A DNA stretch of 64,000 nt, taken from assembly GCA_020536535.1 (NCBI GenBank), contig JAHLWZ010000720.1:1-64000 (forward strand). Direction: 5' to 3'. The stretch comes from Pelomyxa schiedti. Its lineage: Eukaryota > Protista > Evosea. Positions 49,117 through 63,158 of the stretch are shown here, piece after piece. A model generated the notes under the pieces. That model was not told the DNA's origin and searched no databases. It worked only from the letters and a program-made list of their open reading frames with translations. Position 1 is the first letter of the stretch. The number at the start of each line of letters is the position of its first letter. The position numbers and the translations under genes are program-made.

Positions 49117-52056
49117 ATGGACGAGCAACAGGAGAGGCGACTGCTTGGACTTGGAGGCACGGTCACGCCGGTGAAAGTGAGGAAGATGAGCTCCCTTATT
49201 GCATCTGGGCTGGTAGTGTCCAGACACATTCTCGAGGGGATCACAACGGAGGCGGGGTTTCACGATCTTCTGGCTGGTTCGTATTTCGTTGTTTGAGTGA
49301 ATGCATTCGATTGTGGGAGTAAATACCGACGCGCTGCCTTTTTCCGGTCACTCGTTCATTAGACTTGAAAGAAGAGCGGTTTGAGGCGGACAAGAAACTT
49401 GAAGAAGCCAGGCGCGATCAGATAAAGCAACAGCAGAGGGAAGAGGCTATTGCGGAGACCAAGAAAATTGAAATGCAGTTGCATAAGGAAGAGAATGAGA
49501 AGTTCGAGTCTGCCTCCTCCAGTATTGTGAAACTTATGGAAGGTCACCCTCTCGAACAATCAGCGCAAGTGGCCTTGTCAAAGATGCCAAAGACTTGGGA
49601 GTCTGCCACTACTTTGAGGTTGCTTACCACGGCCTCCTCGGTTGTGAAGCATTTTGGACTTGGTACTTTCCTTCAAGTTTTTGATTTTAGTACTTATTCA
49701 TGCGTTGGATCACTGTTGAATTGGTTATTTTAGAGCCCCATGAAGGTTCGCCTACAGTTCCGTTTTTTTTTTTTTTTTCCTCATCAACACCAAAAATCCA
49801 GTCACTCAAGTGCCACCTGGAACTATTTATAATGGCACCTTATTTGAAAGGGACCTCGCTTGCACGCAGCTACTAAAGTGTTTGCTCTCAAAAAGAGGTA
49901 ATCCATGCACCCCAATTATGGATCAATGCTACGGTGCTGGAAAAACCACCCTGGCACATGGGTTCCGCAATGTCATACAACAAATGTTGAGAGTGGCCTC
50001 CAACACGGAGTTACAGGCTTTTGTCAGGGAAAACAAAGAAGAGTTCGACAAGTTGATTTCCTCCGTTTATGTTCGGATCACTTTCAATACTGTCCGTGAC
50101 GAGCATTTACTGAAACCCGATTTGAGTGAAGAGGAATATGATGAATTCCTTAAATCAAAGATACGTGCCGCATTGGCCTTATTTCTTTCCCAGCCTGAAT
50201 TGGAGAAGCCCAACACCCCTATTACTGAACTAGCTTCATGGGTCACCACGGTGGCACCTAATACTTCATTTTTGTTCCATTTTGATGACGTAGGTGCAAT
50301 CGAAGCCAGCAAGGATGTGTGTCAATCCCTTCAGTACAGTTGATTTTTAATAGTACTAAGGCAATACAAAATCTCTACCGTCTTTGGAATGTAGCACATG
50401 GGCTGGGCCATTTCTATATTCTTTCTGGGAGATCTGAGTATCTGCACTGGATTGGGAAAAATACCCCCTTTCCAGGCAAACCTATAACATTTAGAAAGTA
50501 TGTGGCTCAACAATTACCAGTACCACTGAGCTAAGTGAAACTTAAAAAGGGGCTATTCCTCTCCTGTACCGACATCCCTGATCTCTGTCTCGGTATTTAC
50601 TGTGAGAGGTTAGGCATTCCTGCTTTGTGTTTTCTTATATCCTCTTAGGCATAGCAGAACTATCTGAATCCTACTCTATGCTGCCACTATCCAAGTCTGA
50701 AAACTCTTTGCAATTAATCTTCCAGTTCACTGGGGGAGTACCGCGGGTGGTGAGAGACTTGCTTTTACATCTTCGGACAGTAAAGGGATTTGAATGCTCG
50801 GACCCTAATGAGATATTTCAGTTCTTAACTTCAAAAACTACTATAAGGTTGGATATATTTCACTGCTAGGACCAACCATTTATCAGGTTCTTGAAGGCGT
50901 TTCCTGAAGATCTCTTTTCTTGGCCACAAGGGGGAATCGGCAATTTACTGGAAATTGCTTGGGCTGGAGTCTCTGTTGATGAAGCTACAGCAGTCATCGA
51001 TAACGAACCAATGCCCCTTGTCTTGGCCAGGTACTTTGCAAGGAATACTCTCCTTAACTTTTTACTAGGTATGGCTTATACACCTACTTCTCAGAAGGAT
51101 CCACTGGGCAGGTGATTCTACCCTATTATAAAATCTTGGACCATTTAAGGTGCCTCTTCGTTGAGATACACAATATTGCGCAGCCCACCTTGTTACTGAA
51201 TTTTCCTAGTTCCAATTTTTTGAATATGTCTATACCGCAGCCTGGTGATCAGTTAGAGTATCTAGTCATGAGGATGCTACTACTGCGCTGTAGTATCCTG
51301 AATGTACAGAACACTACCTGGGCATGTGTTGGCCTACCTGTTTTAGATGAATTGCATATTCCTTTTGTAAGGATTACCACAGGTACGCCACTACTCGTTT
51401 CACATTCACTTTACCAGCAACTAGCGTTGCCTGCTGCACGTATACATTCTGCTGGAAGCTCTTCGAGTACTGATGCTGCCTTGTTTATGGCTGCTGTCAA
51501 TGGAGAAATGTTCACTGCCACTGTACCCGTATTTTTCCTCTTTGCCTTTCGCACTTGTAAAAGCACATAGCAACAGTTCACAAGGAATATGATGCCGGAG
51601 CTTGCCCGTTTTATGAAGTACGGTGTTTTCTACTACCACCTCCCACAATCCGGGAGCGCCGACGCCGATATTCTCATTGGTCCAAACCGGTTGTGCTCAT
51701 TTCAAATGAAGAACCTTAGCACCCCTTATGAAGTGTCTCACCTGCGATCCGAGGCACAGAAATCGGTGGTTTGTGTCTATTTCTTTAACGTGAAATCCTA
51801 ATTCAAAATGCATTCTCTCTAGGTTCCTGGCTGGACTGTGAACTTACTCCTTGTTTGCACGTCAGGGATTTCAACAGGGCCAAATGAAGATTACCAAGAG
51901 ACCTTCTCATTTGGGCATGACACTGTTGTGTGCACAGCCTTGAGCCTGCGTTCCATTGAACATTTCCTTGGTCCCGTTCTGCTGTCTGCATACAGGAGCG
52001 GCACTCTGCTTACCAACGCTGTTCACCAGAAGAAGTTTTCTTTGTTGCACAGCTGA
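49117..52056 (+). CDS. P-loop NTPase + restriction-endonuclease-fold protein (Crinkler/RHS-type architecture)
   Basis: Walker A YGAGKTT, Walker B FLFHFDD, ILSGR and TGGVPR; C-terminal E..SADADILI..FQMK. Confidence 0.7.
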
Positions 52057-52344
52057 GGCTACTTAACAAGTGGAATTAGTACCTCAATGTCAAATAGTAC
52101 AATCTTCGACTCTGGGGCTCGAGAGAACCTTGGATTACCAAAAAAGAAAAACCTCCCTTCCCCATTTTTTCATATGGCTGAATAAAAAAAACACCAGACC
52201 GCGGATCCTGAGGGACGATAACGAAAATGACAGCGTTACGGTCCGTTGATTATTTTATTCTGCCATATTGCTTGTCCCGCTCCACAGGAGGAGAGTACGA
52301 TGGACTCCCGACAGTTCACCTCTAAAAGCAACTAAAGAGCGGGA

Positions 52345-53420
52345 GTGGGAGAAGGCAGAAGAACAAGCAGCAAGACGGTTCGGTCCCTCAACCGTTGTTG
52401 GTTCTTTGAAGGCACACTTGGTAACCATAACCAGAACGAGAATGTGTGCGTCAAGTACGGGGGGGACAAAGTCTGGCGTCAGGGGGTGCCGACAAGAACA
52501 GGGCCGCGACAACAAAGTGACGCGGCGGTTGTTTTGTTGTTGCGGCGAACAGTGAAGTCGAAGAAAAGAGGGAGTTGCCTCTGGTACACCCCCGGGGAGC
52601 AAGATACCTCGCCATGTTACTGCACAACTGCCACTGGCACTGATTGTGCTGTTTATACTACTGCTGTTGCTACTACTACTACAGCTGATGACAAAGGCAC
52701 CCCGAAAACTCTACCACTACCACCTTGTGTAGTGATGCTGACAATGGCGATGCAAAAATTAGAGCAGGAAAGACTCCCTACCAAACGAGATCGGTAAGAA
52801 GCAAGCAAAAAAAAGAAAAACTCAAGGTGATAGAAGAAGGATTTTGGATGCAAGAACTGGGTGTAAACTTGAATTTGCATAGACATCAGCTAAATTAGTC
52901 CCGGAATTCGTCCGATCACTGGAAACAGTGGCAAAGGTACTGCACTACGTACATTGAGACCTGCGGCCTGAAAACGTATGAATTTACATGCACCAACAGC
53001 TTCCTAAATCTCCCACTTTCCAATTCTCCGTCCCGAATAGTTGTTGGCAACAGTGGACCGCAACACATCAGAATCCCATACTCTTATCATTGATTGGGGG
53101 TGTGCAGTGCCAGCCGGACTGTACAAAGCTACTCTGGTACTATCCGCTATGAATCCCACAATGTCTGGGGCCACTGAAGGTCAATGACAAGAATATCGGT
53201 GTGACTCTGGCCGGGGACTTTGGGTGTCTTGTTCTGTACGATGCTGCTGTGAACGTTGGGTCTTGTGCCAACAATTGCTGCACTGAGAGAGCCCTTGGAT
53301 GCATGGCTTATGTGGGAACAAGCACTTACCCACGCACTGGGAAACATCCCTGCAACTATGATGCAGTAATCCAAGAGTTGTGCAGTATCCTGTTTATGTT
53401 GGAGCTCCTACATAGAATGA
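52345..53420 (+). pseudogene. Degraded protein kinase (FunK1/Crinkler-kinase-like)
   Basis: LRPE*LL (TAG at 53038-53040), LIIDWGCA, then frameshifted YSGTIRY and AGDFGCLV. Confidence 0.6.
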
Positions 53421-53488
53421 AAACAAAAAAAGAAAAGCAATATTGTTCCTCAAAGCTTACCAAATTTGAACACCGAAAATAAATTGCG

Positions 53489-56400
53489 ATGCAACGGGGA
53501 AGGAGGCTCCCGCACGAAGGAAGCAGCGGCGGCGGCTGCGACGACCACAGCACGGAGGAAGATGATTTCCGCAGCCAGGTTGGGGACACTCCTCGCCGCC
53601 GGGCCAGCGGCAACGCCAGCCACAGGGGGAAAGGGGGGGAGAGGAGGGGGCGGGACCCGCTGCCCAGCGGCAGGCACCACGCAGCGACGGGGGCAGGGGG
53701 GAGGCTGGCGGTCCGGGGGAGCCGCCCGGGGGCGCCCCAGCGGCTGGGCTTCGAGGGACCGGGCAGGCCGGCGGCTGCGGCTGCGGCGCTTGGTGGGCAC
53801 AGGGGCGGCAGCATCGGGGTGGATGACAGGAGAATTATGGGGGACGGTGCGAGTGAGGGAGCCGATGTGGATGGCGCCGTGGGTGATTATGATGAGGAAT
53901 TAAGCCCGGGTGATTGCGGGGGAGAACAAGTACTGCTTTTTGCTCTTATGACTCATTCTCACTCCCATAATAGTGCGGGGGATGCCTGGAAAAGAATCAG
54001 ATTATACATGTACCCTGCACCATTTTTTTTTTTTTCTTCTTTTTCAAGAAAAGGAATAAACGAAAAACCAGGAGCTGGAAGCTGAACTGAAAAGTACCAA
54101 GGAAGACTTCGACATATACAAAGAAGGAGGGGCAGGTTGATTTTAGCCCTATTTTCTCTTCTCTGTGTTCATTCTGTTTAGAGGCAGAAATTAACATTGC
54201 AAGACATGAGCTCAGTGAGAGCCTTCGTGAGAATAAGGCATATATTCGGGAGATCAAAAAATTGAAAGAAGATGTAAGGATGCTACTAGATGACAAATCA
54301 CGGTTGACGAATGTAAGTTAGTATATGTTGGTTTAGCAATTAATGGGGTTCAGGAGAATAACAGCTGCAAAGACACTCTTGAGATGATGGGGAAAGATAT
54401 GGATGATGTGAAGCATAAACTCAAAGAGACCACTACCACAGTTTGTAACCAGAAAGCCAGAATTGAAGGAAACAAAGACTTTAAACAACAACTACAAGTA
54501 GCTTATTCTACACGTGATTGGGTTCCCACAACCTAAAGGAAAAAAACCAAGAACTATTATTGTGTCTCTCAGACCTTGAGAGTGTCAACAAGGAAAATAC
54601 TACTCTAAGACAGCAACTGGAGGAGGCTGTGAAAGACTCTTCACAACTCATCAGCGAATTGAAGCAGTATTTTGCATCTCTTGTATTCCTATTTTTATTT
54701 CCAATTAGGGTCAAGTCCAGATTAGTTCTTGCACAGGAAAACCTAGAAGATGAGAAAAATAAATCTCTCGCATGTGTGTGAAACCACCTATGGTTCTACT
54801 GTTGACAAACGATATATCAGTATCACAGAAAAATGAGAAACTGCGACTACAACTGCAGAAAACTGAAAAACAGCTACATGAAGCAGATCGAGTCAATGAA
54901 CAATATGTCTCTGACTTGGACCACAAATTAGAAGAATACAAGGTTAAACTAAAATCCTTCACCAACTTTCTTAGATTCTATATAAACAGCGATCAAGTGA
55001 AACGCAACAAGTACATGCAAGGATACAGGACGAGAGTCGTAGCACCTCTGTCAATGAAGTTCGAGCAGCTCTGTACAAGTGTGGTAGTCATAGAAGGTAA
55101 TTGTACTCGTGTTAACATTACCTAAGAAGCAGCATATCAAGCAAAATGTGCTGAATATCAAGCCCTACAAAAAGACTTCGAGGAGCTCAGTGTTCATCTT
55201 GTTGACCTTGAAGATCAAATACAGTCCACAGTAAGTTTCCAGTTAACAGTACCACTTGTAATGACAAAACAGGAGGCGCACCCTCATCAAACAACTGTCG
55301 TCAACGTTCCCCCAAAATCTAGTTCCCCTGTTCCAAAAAAAATCAAGGAACACCATCTCCGAGCAAAGGCTCATCTTGAGCAAACGTGTGCCACCTAACA
55401 AGAGCCTTTTTTGCACACTACTTATTATGTTAAAACACTTATACCTAAACACTGAAAGTAGAGGGAAAATATGACAACAATATATAGACTCCAAGCTGAG
55501 AGGAAACAAAGTGCTTCAGAACACCAAGAACTAGTGGAATTACGCAATAAATTGCAAGAGATAGAAAATGGTTGGGTGCCTTTCCACTACTGTAATTTCG
55601 TCTTCAACAAATTAACTTATTCTGCCCATTAGGGGATGATGTTCTTTTTTCTGCACATGAGGAAATTAGAGCTTTAAAAGCGAATGTTAAATGTAGAGAT
55701 GATGATATTAATAGGTACATTAGATTTCTCCTAATCATTATGCCAAGTAAAACTTTTCAAAAAGGCTTACTAGTGAACTAAACCGGCAAATGAAAACTTT
55801 GGACGATATTACAGAGGAAAATAATGCTTTGAGAGCAAAGCTGGGAATAAAGGGAAAATCAAAGCTTTTGAGCAACATTGGTACAGACTATAGCTTTGGA
55901 AATGCAGGTTCCATAAATCTTATTCCCCATGGGTAATCCTTTCAGGATAAACTGAAATCCTTGAATCGTCAATACAAACAACAGATCAACTCAATGAAAG
56001 AAGAAATAGCTAACTTGAAGTTAGAACTCGATGACCACAGAATAAAAGTACCCTTTCTCATGGTCAAATCAAATGTTAATATAGTGGATCTTAGTTAATG
56101 CAATCAGCAATAAATAGTGCCAGGACTTCCGCACAATCGAGTCCAAGTGAGCCCAAGCAGTTTTTTTTATCGATAATCTTCTCTTAGGAGAAACGAACCC
56201 TAATACGGTGGAATCCTCATTACAAGAACTGCAAGAACTTCTTGAGAGCACACAGCAACAACTTGAAGACACTCAAGAAAGAAATCATCAACTGCAGGTA
56301 CTTCCTATGTCCAAAACACTTTTTTGAAAGAAATCAAGTTAGAGTTGAGTAGCAGACCAATTGCCTACGCACCACAGAGCACGGGTCAAGGAATACTGGA

Positions 56401-57975
56401 TGAAAATGCGAAGCTAAAAACATTCATCTCTGATTATCTCAAATCAAACGTGCCTTACCAAGTAATTCTCAGATGTTTGTTGTTTCAAGATCTTAGGTTA
56501 ACCCAGGAACTTGCATCTGCAGTGAGCCATTTGACTAAATTATTACAGCACGATCAAAATGTGGCTGATCAAGACCACCATCAGCAACAAATGGCATTAT
56601 TGAATAAATTAGTGAACATGGCTGATACACAGCACAATCCGACATTGGAGCGATCCAAGTCGAATTTACCTCTTGGAAGTGTATCAAGATTGAATCCTCA
56701 TACAACCGAAGAAAATGTAAGAATGCAGGAACAAGTGTCAAAGCTATCGTCACAAATAGTCCAATTACAGACACAACTGAAGGTGAGGTTTGAACACAAC
56801 TCATACATTTGTCTTATGTTCCAGGTGTCTGAGGAAATTAACAGGCAAAAAGACAGTCAATTAAGGGAACTAAAGCACCTACTGGCTGGAGGGGAGTCCC
56901 AATCGTCACCTTCGAAGCTGAGGGATTCCGACTCTTCTTTAATCTCCCTTCAATCTATGTACAAAGCTGCTCAAGAAACAATCTCCTCTCTACAGCAGTC
57001 TATTACGAAAAAGGACGAAGCTGTAGCCAAGTAACTTTTTACCTCCGCTGGCCATTTAACCAATCAGTAGGTTCCAGAAAATGATCAGTTCAACAAGAGA
57101 GAGCCATCTTGCTGAGAAGCAGGCACATCTCCATGAACTTTGATTGTACTCATTTTATCAGGGACTAGAACTCGAAGTTGCTAGGTTGCAGGACAAATTG
57201 TCCCAACAGGCGAATACCGTTATACAGCCACAGCTCACTTTAGAGTGTACTCCCCTCAGGTAGCAATCCATCCCGACCTGTTGACCAGAAATAAATTCCC
57301 CCTTTTTAAACAAGTGATGAGAAGGTCATTCCTCTGGAACAAGCTAAAAAGTTATCAGAAAGGCAAAATTCCCAGATATCCAAACTCACACAGCAGCTTA
57401 GCGAAGCCGAACAGGTATGATAAACAGTTTGAATCACAAATTGAATTACAATAGGAAGTAGGCACACTGAAAGCCAAAATTGCAAGCACAACTCCTGTCG
57501 TAGAAAAACTCACTGCCGAGCTTCAGGTTAATTTTAGTGTTGTTGATTCTGTCTAAGAAAGTAGGCTGCCAAGCTCCAACTGTCAAATTCAGAACACTTG
57601 CATGCTGTAGCTCTTCAAAAGTTAGAAACAGAGAAAGCCAAGCTCATACTCGAACTGAAAGCAAAACAGCATTTACTACACGAGAAAGTAATTTCTTGCA
57701 TACACAATACTTAATTACCCACATTCCTCTGACATGTTAAATCCCAAGGAGGCCGAAATAGAGAAACTGCACAACATGCTATCCGTGGAGAAAGCTAAAG
57801 CACTCGTAGTTGCAGCACCACCCACACCCCAAAGAGGAAACAGCCACCCCGGAAGTCCTCAGAATTCCTCCCGAGTGGTAACTACTCCCTAGTTTGCCCT
57901 TTCTATTTTTTTGTATTCTAACCAACCGGCACATGCACAACAGGTTGTAAATAGACAAGCCCCCGGCCGCTCTTG
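53489..57975 (+). CDS. Long coiled-coil protein, CEP290-like (multi-exon; ends approximate)
   Basis: Extensive heptad repeats; KAAQETISSLQQSITKKDEAVAKFQ resembles the CEP290 segment AHQTIANMQARLNQKEEVLKKYQ (recalled, not aligned). Confidence 0.6.
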
Positions 57976-58097
57976 ATGTAACACCTCTCAACTCTACTCT
58001 CATTGTAACTGGAAATGTACAAACAAAAGAAACAACTTGGACATATCTCACTTCAATCCATTTTAAAATTTCAAAATAAAAAAAAAAAACAAACACG

Positions 58098-59165
58098 ATG
58101 GCGCCTTCCGCAGTGCGAGCACTTGCTCGTGTTGTAGGAGTGCTTTGTGCGGTAGTTGTTATTATGGGTGCCGATGTGCGAAGTGCGAATAGAACGGCAG
58201 ATGGGAGAGGATGCATTCACACGAAACTTTCCGCTCACTGTTCTTTTGCCCCACAGAAGGATTGGTCATACATGATGTGAGTGACTGAGGTTTTAGCTCT
58301 TCTTCTTTTCACTGTCTGTGTGGGGGTGATTGATTGAAGTTCTGGAATAGATTCGTTGTTACCTGGCCGGGAACGTTTTGTAGGGATGGTTGCTGCAGGG
58401 TACCTCAGTACACTCCTCATCTTGATCCAGGGTTCATTATACATGGGCTGTGGCCGGACTATGACGGCGGCAAAGACAAGTTTCCGGTGTGCTGCGAAAG
58501 TAGATACTATTCTGAGGAGGCAGTGAAATTGGTCTGTGCAAGTGAGGCTGAATTCGCGGCACTCACACAATCCAGTTGAAAGGCCACGAAGAGTTGCAGC
58601 AACAATTGGCAGTGGCGTGGCCGGCACTGAAACAGTGCAATTTTTTGCAGTACGAATATGACAAACATGGAACATGTGCCTCCACAGTGTATGATGGTGA
58701 AAATGGTCCACTGGACTACTGGACAGCAGCGGTCAACTTGTGGTACAGCAAAATGACACAGTGTATAGTCTTTATTGTGAACAGGAATAAACACAATTTC
58801 CTTGAGACATTATCACGAGCAGGGATCAAACACAGCACTCCTGATGAAGTTTTCTACTATCACCCTCTCTTGGACATTCTTTCTATTCTACAAAAGGACA
58901 CTGGCACAAAGAGTTAGCCTCCATCAAAAAGCCACAAATAACTTACTCCAACACAGTTGGAATTACCTGTGATGGCAATATGCTCAAAGAAATAAAGTTG
59001 TGTGTGGGCCGGCCTTCCCCATCCAACAAGCACTATCTTTCTCCAATAGACTGTCCCAATGCTCTCCTCAGAGAAGAGAACTCTTGTACTAAATACAACA
59101 AAATCATCATTCCTCAGTTCACAAACATCACCAACACAATGGGATGTTCTGCAAGTCAGGCTTAA
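58098..59165 (+). CDS. Ribonuclease T2
   Basis: Signal peptide, WPGTFC, CAS I IIHGLWP and CAS II YEYDKHGTC. Confidence 0.93.
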
Positions 59166-59340
59166 ATTGTATTTCCTTGTAGAATTTTTTGTTACGTTAT
59201 GGGTTGTACATTAAGCCTGCATATCGATAGGATGGCATAATGACACATTGGCATCTCAATTTCCCTGCGTAATTTATTTTTTAAGGGAAAATCTTACGAC
59301 ATGAAAAACCATCAAATAAATAAGTTGCATCTACATGCAC

Positions 59341-60049
59341 ATGAAGATTATTCTAGGACTTCTTGTACTCATTGGACTCTCTGCAGCAAAGTGGGAGAAC
59401 TGCGGGACTGCAACAGATGTCATACATATTAACTCCCTCAATGTGTGGTGCCTGTAAATCTTCTTGCCACTTACAGATCTTGTAGGTTGCTCCGTCCCCA
59501 ATCGAGTTCGGAGAGAACATAACAGTGAGCTTCAACATTGACGTATCCGTGAATATCACAGGTATCACGCAAAAAGTAAAACGCATACTGGTAACTAACC
59601 ATGCCGCAGCAATGACACTGGATCTAACAATTGAAAAGAATGTGCACCATAAGTGGAGGGTGTATGTAGAGCACGAGCACTCAGGTGCAATTCTCACTCA
59701 TTTCAGGATTCCTTGTATTGCTGGCGTTGGGAGCTGCAAATACGAGGACGTGTGCCAGATCCTTAACAGCACCGACATCACCTGCCCCGACGAGCTCGTA
59801 GTTCACGACATACCGTGCAAGTGTCCCTTCTACGCAGGAAACTACGTGCTGCCCGAAACATCATTTGGCCCTGTTCCTCTACCTCCACCAGTTCTGGACT
59901 GGCTCACCGAAGGTTGGGTTTTTGGTTTCGGTTTCTCTGTTGTTGACTTTGTGGAAACAGGTACTTACAGAGCAACAACGAAGCTGAGTGATCCCGCAAC
60001 CAAGAAGCCAATTGGGTGCTATGTGTTTGAATTTGAATTGGACAAGTGA
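59341..60049 (+). CDS. GM2-activator-like ML-domain lipid-binding protein
   Basis: Signal peptide, WENCG, IPCIAGVGSCKYEDVC and IPCKCPF. Confidence 0.88.
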
Positions 60050-60102
60050 GGGTGCCTTGGCACGTACAGAATTTTGTAAAAAGGCTTACAACCAAAAAAA
60101 AA

Positions 60103-61037
60103 TCAAGTTTCTGATAATCTTCTACTCACAGCCTCAAAGAGGGCTGCCACATTTTCTCCTGTTTTGGCACTGACTTCAAAATAAAGTGGTTTCTTAGCAC
60201 CACAAGTCTGTAGGAAACTTTCGGCATCAACTTTTTGAACCTGCCGACTTTCCACGAGGTCAATCTTGTTTCCAACTACAGTAATAAGTACATCAGGAGA
60301 GTAATTGGTCACTTCCTCGACCCATCTAGCCATTGTATCGAAAGTAGTCTGTTTGTATCACTGTAAATTTAATGTGGCACTGTGAAATGTAGATATATTA
60401 CTATATAGTGCTTTGTTTATTTGGTTGGTTTTTTCACCTTGTTTGTAATATCATACAAAATGAGTGCTGCTGCTGCACCTAATTTTTCTTTAATCCAAGA
60501 ATAGGATATTTGGAAATAAAAACCTCTATAATACATTGCTGTCATTGCGCGAAATCTTTCTGCAATCGGGAGTTAACAATAACCAATTGGCTGGGACAAC
60601 GAAAATATACCCTCTCCAGCTGTGTCCCATATCTGTGCTGCTGGTTAGCATTTATTTGGGTGTGTTGTGCGAGGTTACATGAAGTTTTATCTCTTTACCA
60701 TCAATTTTCATTGTATGGGCTTGAAAAGACACTCTAAATATACGCGGGTAGATACCGTTAGTCAGTTACAGGCTCCATTAAAATGAAAGCAAAAGGAGGT
60801 CACTAACCCGATAGAGAGCTCTGTTTTTTCGAACGTGTTGAACAGCAATCGCTTGATCAAGCACGTCTTCCCAGTCCGCACATCGCCAAGCAATACTATT
60901 TTCAGGCCATCATCTTCCTCTACACTGGCCACTCAGACCGACAAGAGGTGACCACCCAAAGAACAACAGTAGGTACCTTTTGGCGGGATCACTCCTCCTC
61001 TGGGAGGTGGCTTTTTCTTGGACCCAGCGCACCCCAT
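60103..61037 (-). CDS. Rab GTPase (Rab5-like) with N-terminal MGC acylation motif
   Basis: MGCAGSKKK..., LKIVLLGDVRTGKT, WDTAG, ERFRAMTAMYYRGA, GNKIDL and SAKTG; no C-terminal Cys. Confidence 0.85.
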
Positions 61038-61274
61038 TCCTTGCGTACTTGGCCTGGTGCGCAACGTGCTTTGTTCAGTTCAAAGAAAAATGGCGACACA
61101 ATCACGCCATCTGGTATCTTCCTCTGTCTTTTCTCACAGTGCTGGGAGGGGAGCGGTTCCCGGTAACACTCCCCCACACCCCGAACTCATCTCGGCCGGT
61201 TCTTCTCGAGTGTTGGGTCACCATTCAGAGGAGAATATTCTCATGAGCCAAACTTTGAGATAAATTGCGTGTCG

Positions 61275-63071
61275 ATGAGCACGACGGTCGCGCCGTCGTT
61301 TGTTGCGCCGTGCACGAGCAATGTCCCTCAAGCTCCGCAGTCCACGTCGCAGTACCCGCCGCCGCCGACACAACCACCGGCACCAGGAGTAGGCGTCGGG
61401 GTGCTGGGCCCCACGCAGCTCCAGCAGCACACACAACTGCAAGAAACAGCAACGGCAGCTGCGGCGGCGAGCACCGGCGACTACGACGAAGAAATAGGGG
61501 AGGCGGGGGAAGAGGGAGAGGGAGAGGGGGAGGGAGTGGGGGAGGGGGAGGGGGAAGCAGAAGGCGAGGGAGAGGGCAAGAGGAGGAGGGGAAAAAGGGG
61601 AGGGAGGAGGAGGAAGACTATGCCCAAGGAGGGGACCAAGAGGACCGTGATGATAGGCGACGAAATGGTTTCGTTCAAGCTCCTCACAAGAGAGGTATGT
61701 ATTTGTTTGTTGAGCTATTTTTTTTTTTTTTTCTTTTTTTGTTTTTCCCCCTTCTCTTTCTTCTCTCGGTGGGTTATTATGTTCACTCACTCTATTTTGT
61801 GAAATAGGGCAAGATGGTAAAGGAGTATATCAATGTATGCCTCTCATTCTCTGAAACTCTTTGTGGAAACTTCTCTCTTCTTGGTAATTAACTATGTACA
61901 ATAAAAAAGGAGCCTGTGGAAAGAGTTCCTACGAATTCGTCAAACATGGCTGAAGATGAAGAACTTGAAGAAGAAGAAGATGTCTCACCTGAATGCAAGT
62001 AAAAAGTTTAACCGTTATGAGCCATCCTTTTCTTATGAAAGTTGGCAGGGACAGAAGCGCTCATTGTTAGAGCCAAAGCTCACTGTGCACACCCCCCTGG
62101 TGCCATTCCCCAGCCAAGGAATAATGCCCTGTTAGTCTATGGCACAGAAACCCTCTGCACTACGGATCTATTTTCTTACTTTTCGAACTTCTCACCTGTT
62201 TCTGCCGAGTGGATTGATGATGCATCATGTACAAAAAATATATTTGTGCAAACTCACCAAATTTAGGTGTGATTGTTTTCCCAGATCCTGAGACAGCATC
62301 CCAGGCATTACTAAAAACAGCATTTTCTACACTCCCCGAAATATCCACAGCACCCACAACAGCTGCGGTAACGGCATCAACCACACCCACAGCGGCCACA
62401 GAAACCACAACCACAACCACAACCACAGCTACAGCCACAACATCATCAACATCGACTTCAACACCTATCGTACAACAAAGTGACGGGTGGAGTGCCTGTA
62501 CCCCAACAAAAGTCAAGGGTGCCACAGTTCGCCTTGCTGCACGAGTGGCAACATCATTGGATGTAAAGCCTACTGCACCGCAGTTTTCTTTGTTTTATGC
62601 CAACTTGTTTCTGGACGACAGGTTTGCACATTTACAAGGTTTCACTCTAACATTTATAAGTGGGAAAGTTGTGACAAACAAGAGACCGGTGAAAGGTATA
62701 TAAGCTCAGTCCTGTCGCTACACTCAGACAACTTAAAACCTTCATTCACCTCAACAAAAGGAAAGAGGAGGGGAAAATACAATGGGCACCATGAAAAAGC
62801 AGGCACACCACTTCCAGAAAGCGGCGCAACCAAGAGGAGGAGAAAGAAACTCAAGAAGAAGAAGAGGGTGGTGGTGGTAAAAACTGAAAGTGACAAGTGA
62901 GCACAAAACTATCACCAAAACCTCACTAACCACTCTTCCAGGAATAGCACCACTGCACCAGCACCACTCCCAGTACCCGGCCCTACATCCGAGATTCCTG
63001 CCGTAACATCTATAAAACTAGAACCACTAGTCAACACCACAACAGACCAACACCCAAACTCCATGTCTTGA
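61275..63071 (+). CDS. NCBP3: Nuclear cap-binding protein subunit 3-like
   Basis: RNNALLVYGTETLCTTDLFSYF..EWIDDASC.IVF..A..AL; RVATSLDVK..SLFY. Confidence 0.78.
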
Positions 63072-63158
63072 AAAAAACTTACCAAAAAAACCCTCCAAAC
63101 GAAAACTTATTGCCTTATCTTTTCTTAATCGACAACTAAAAAAAAAAAAAAACTTTCC

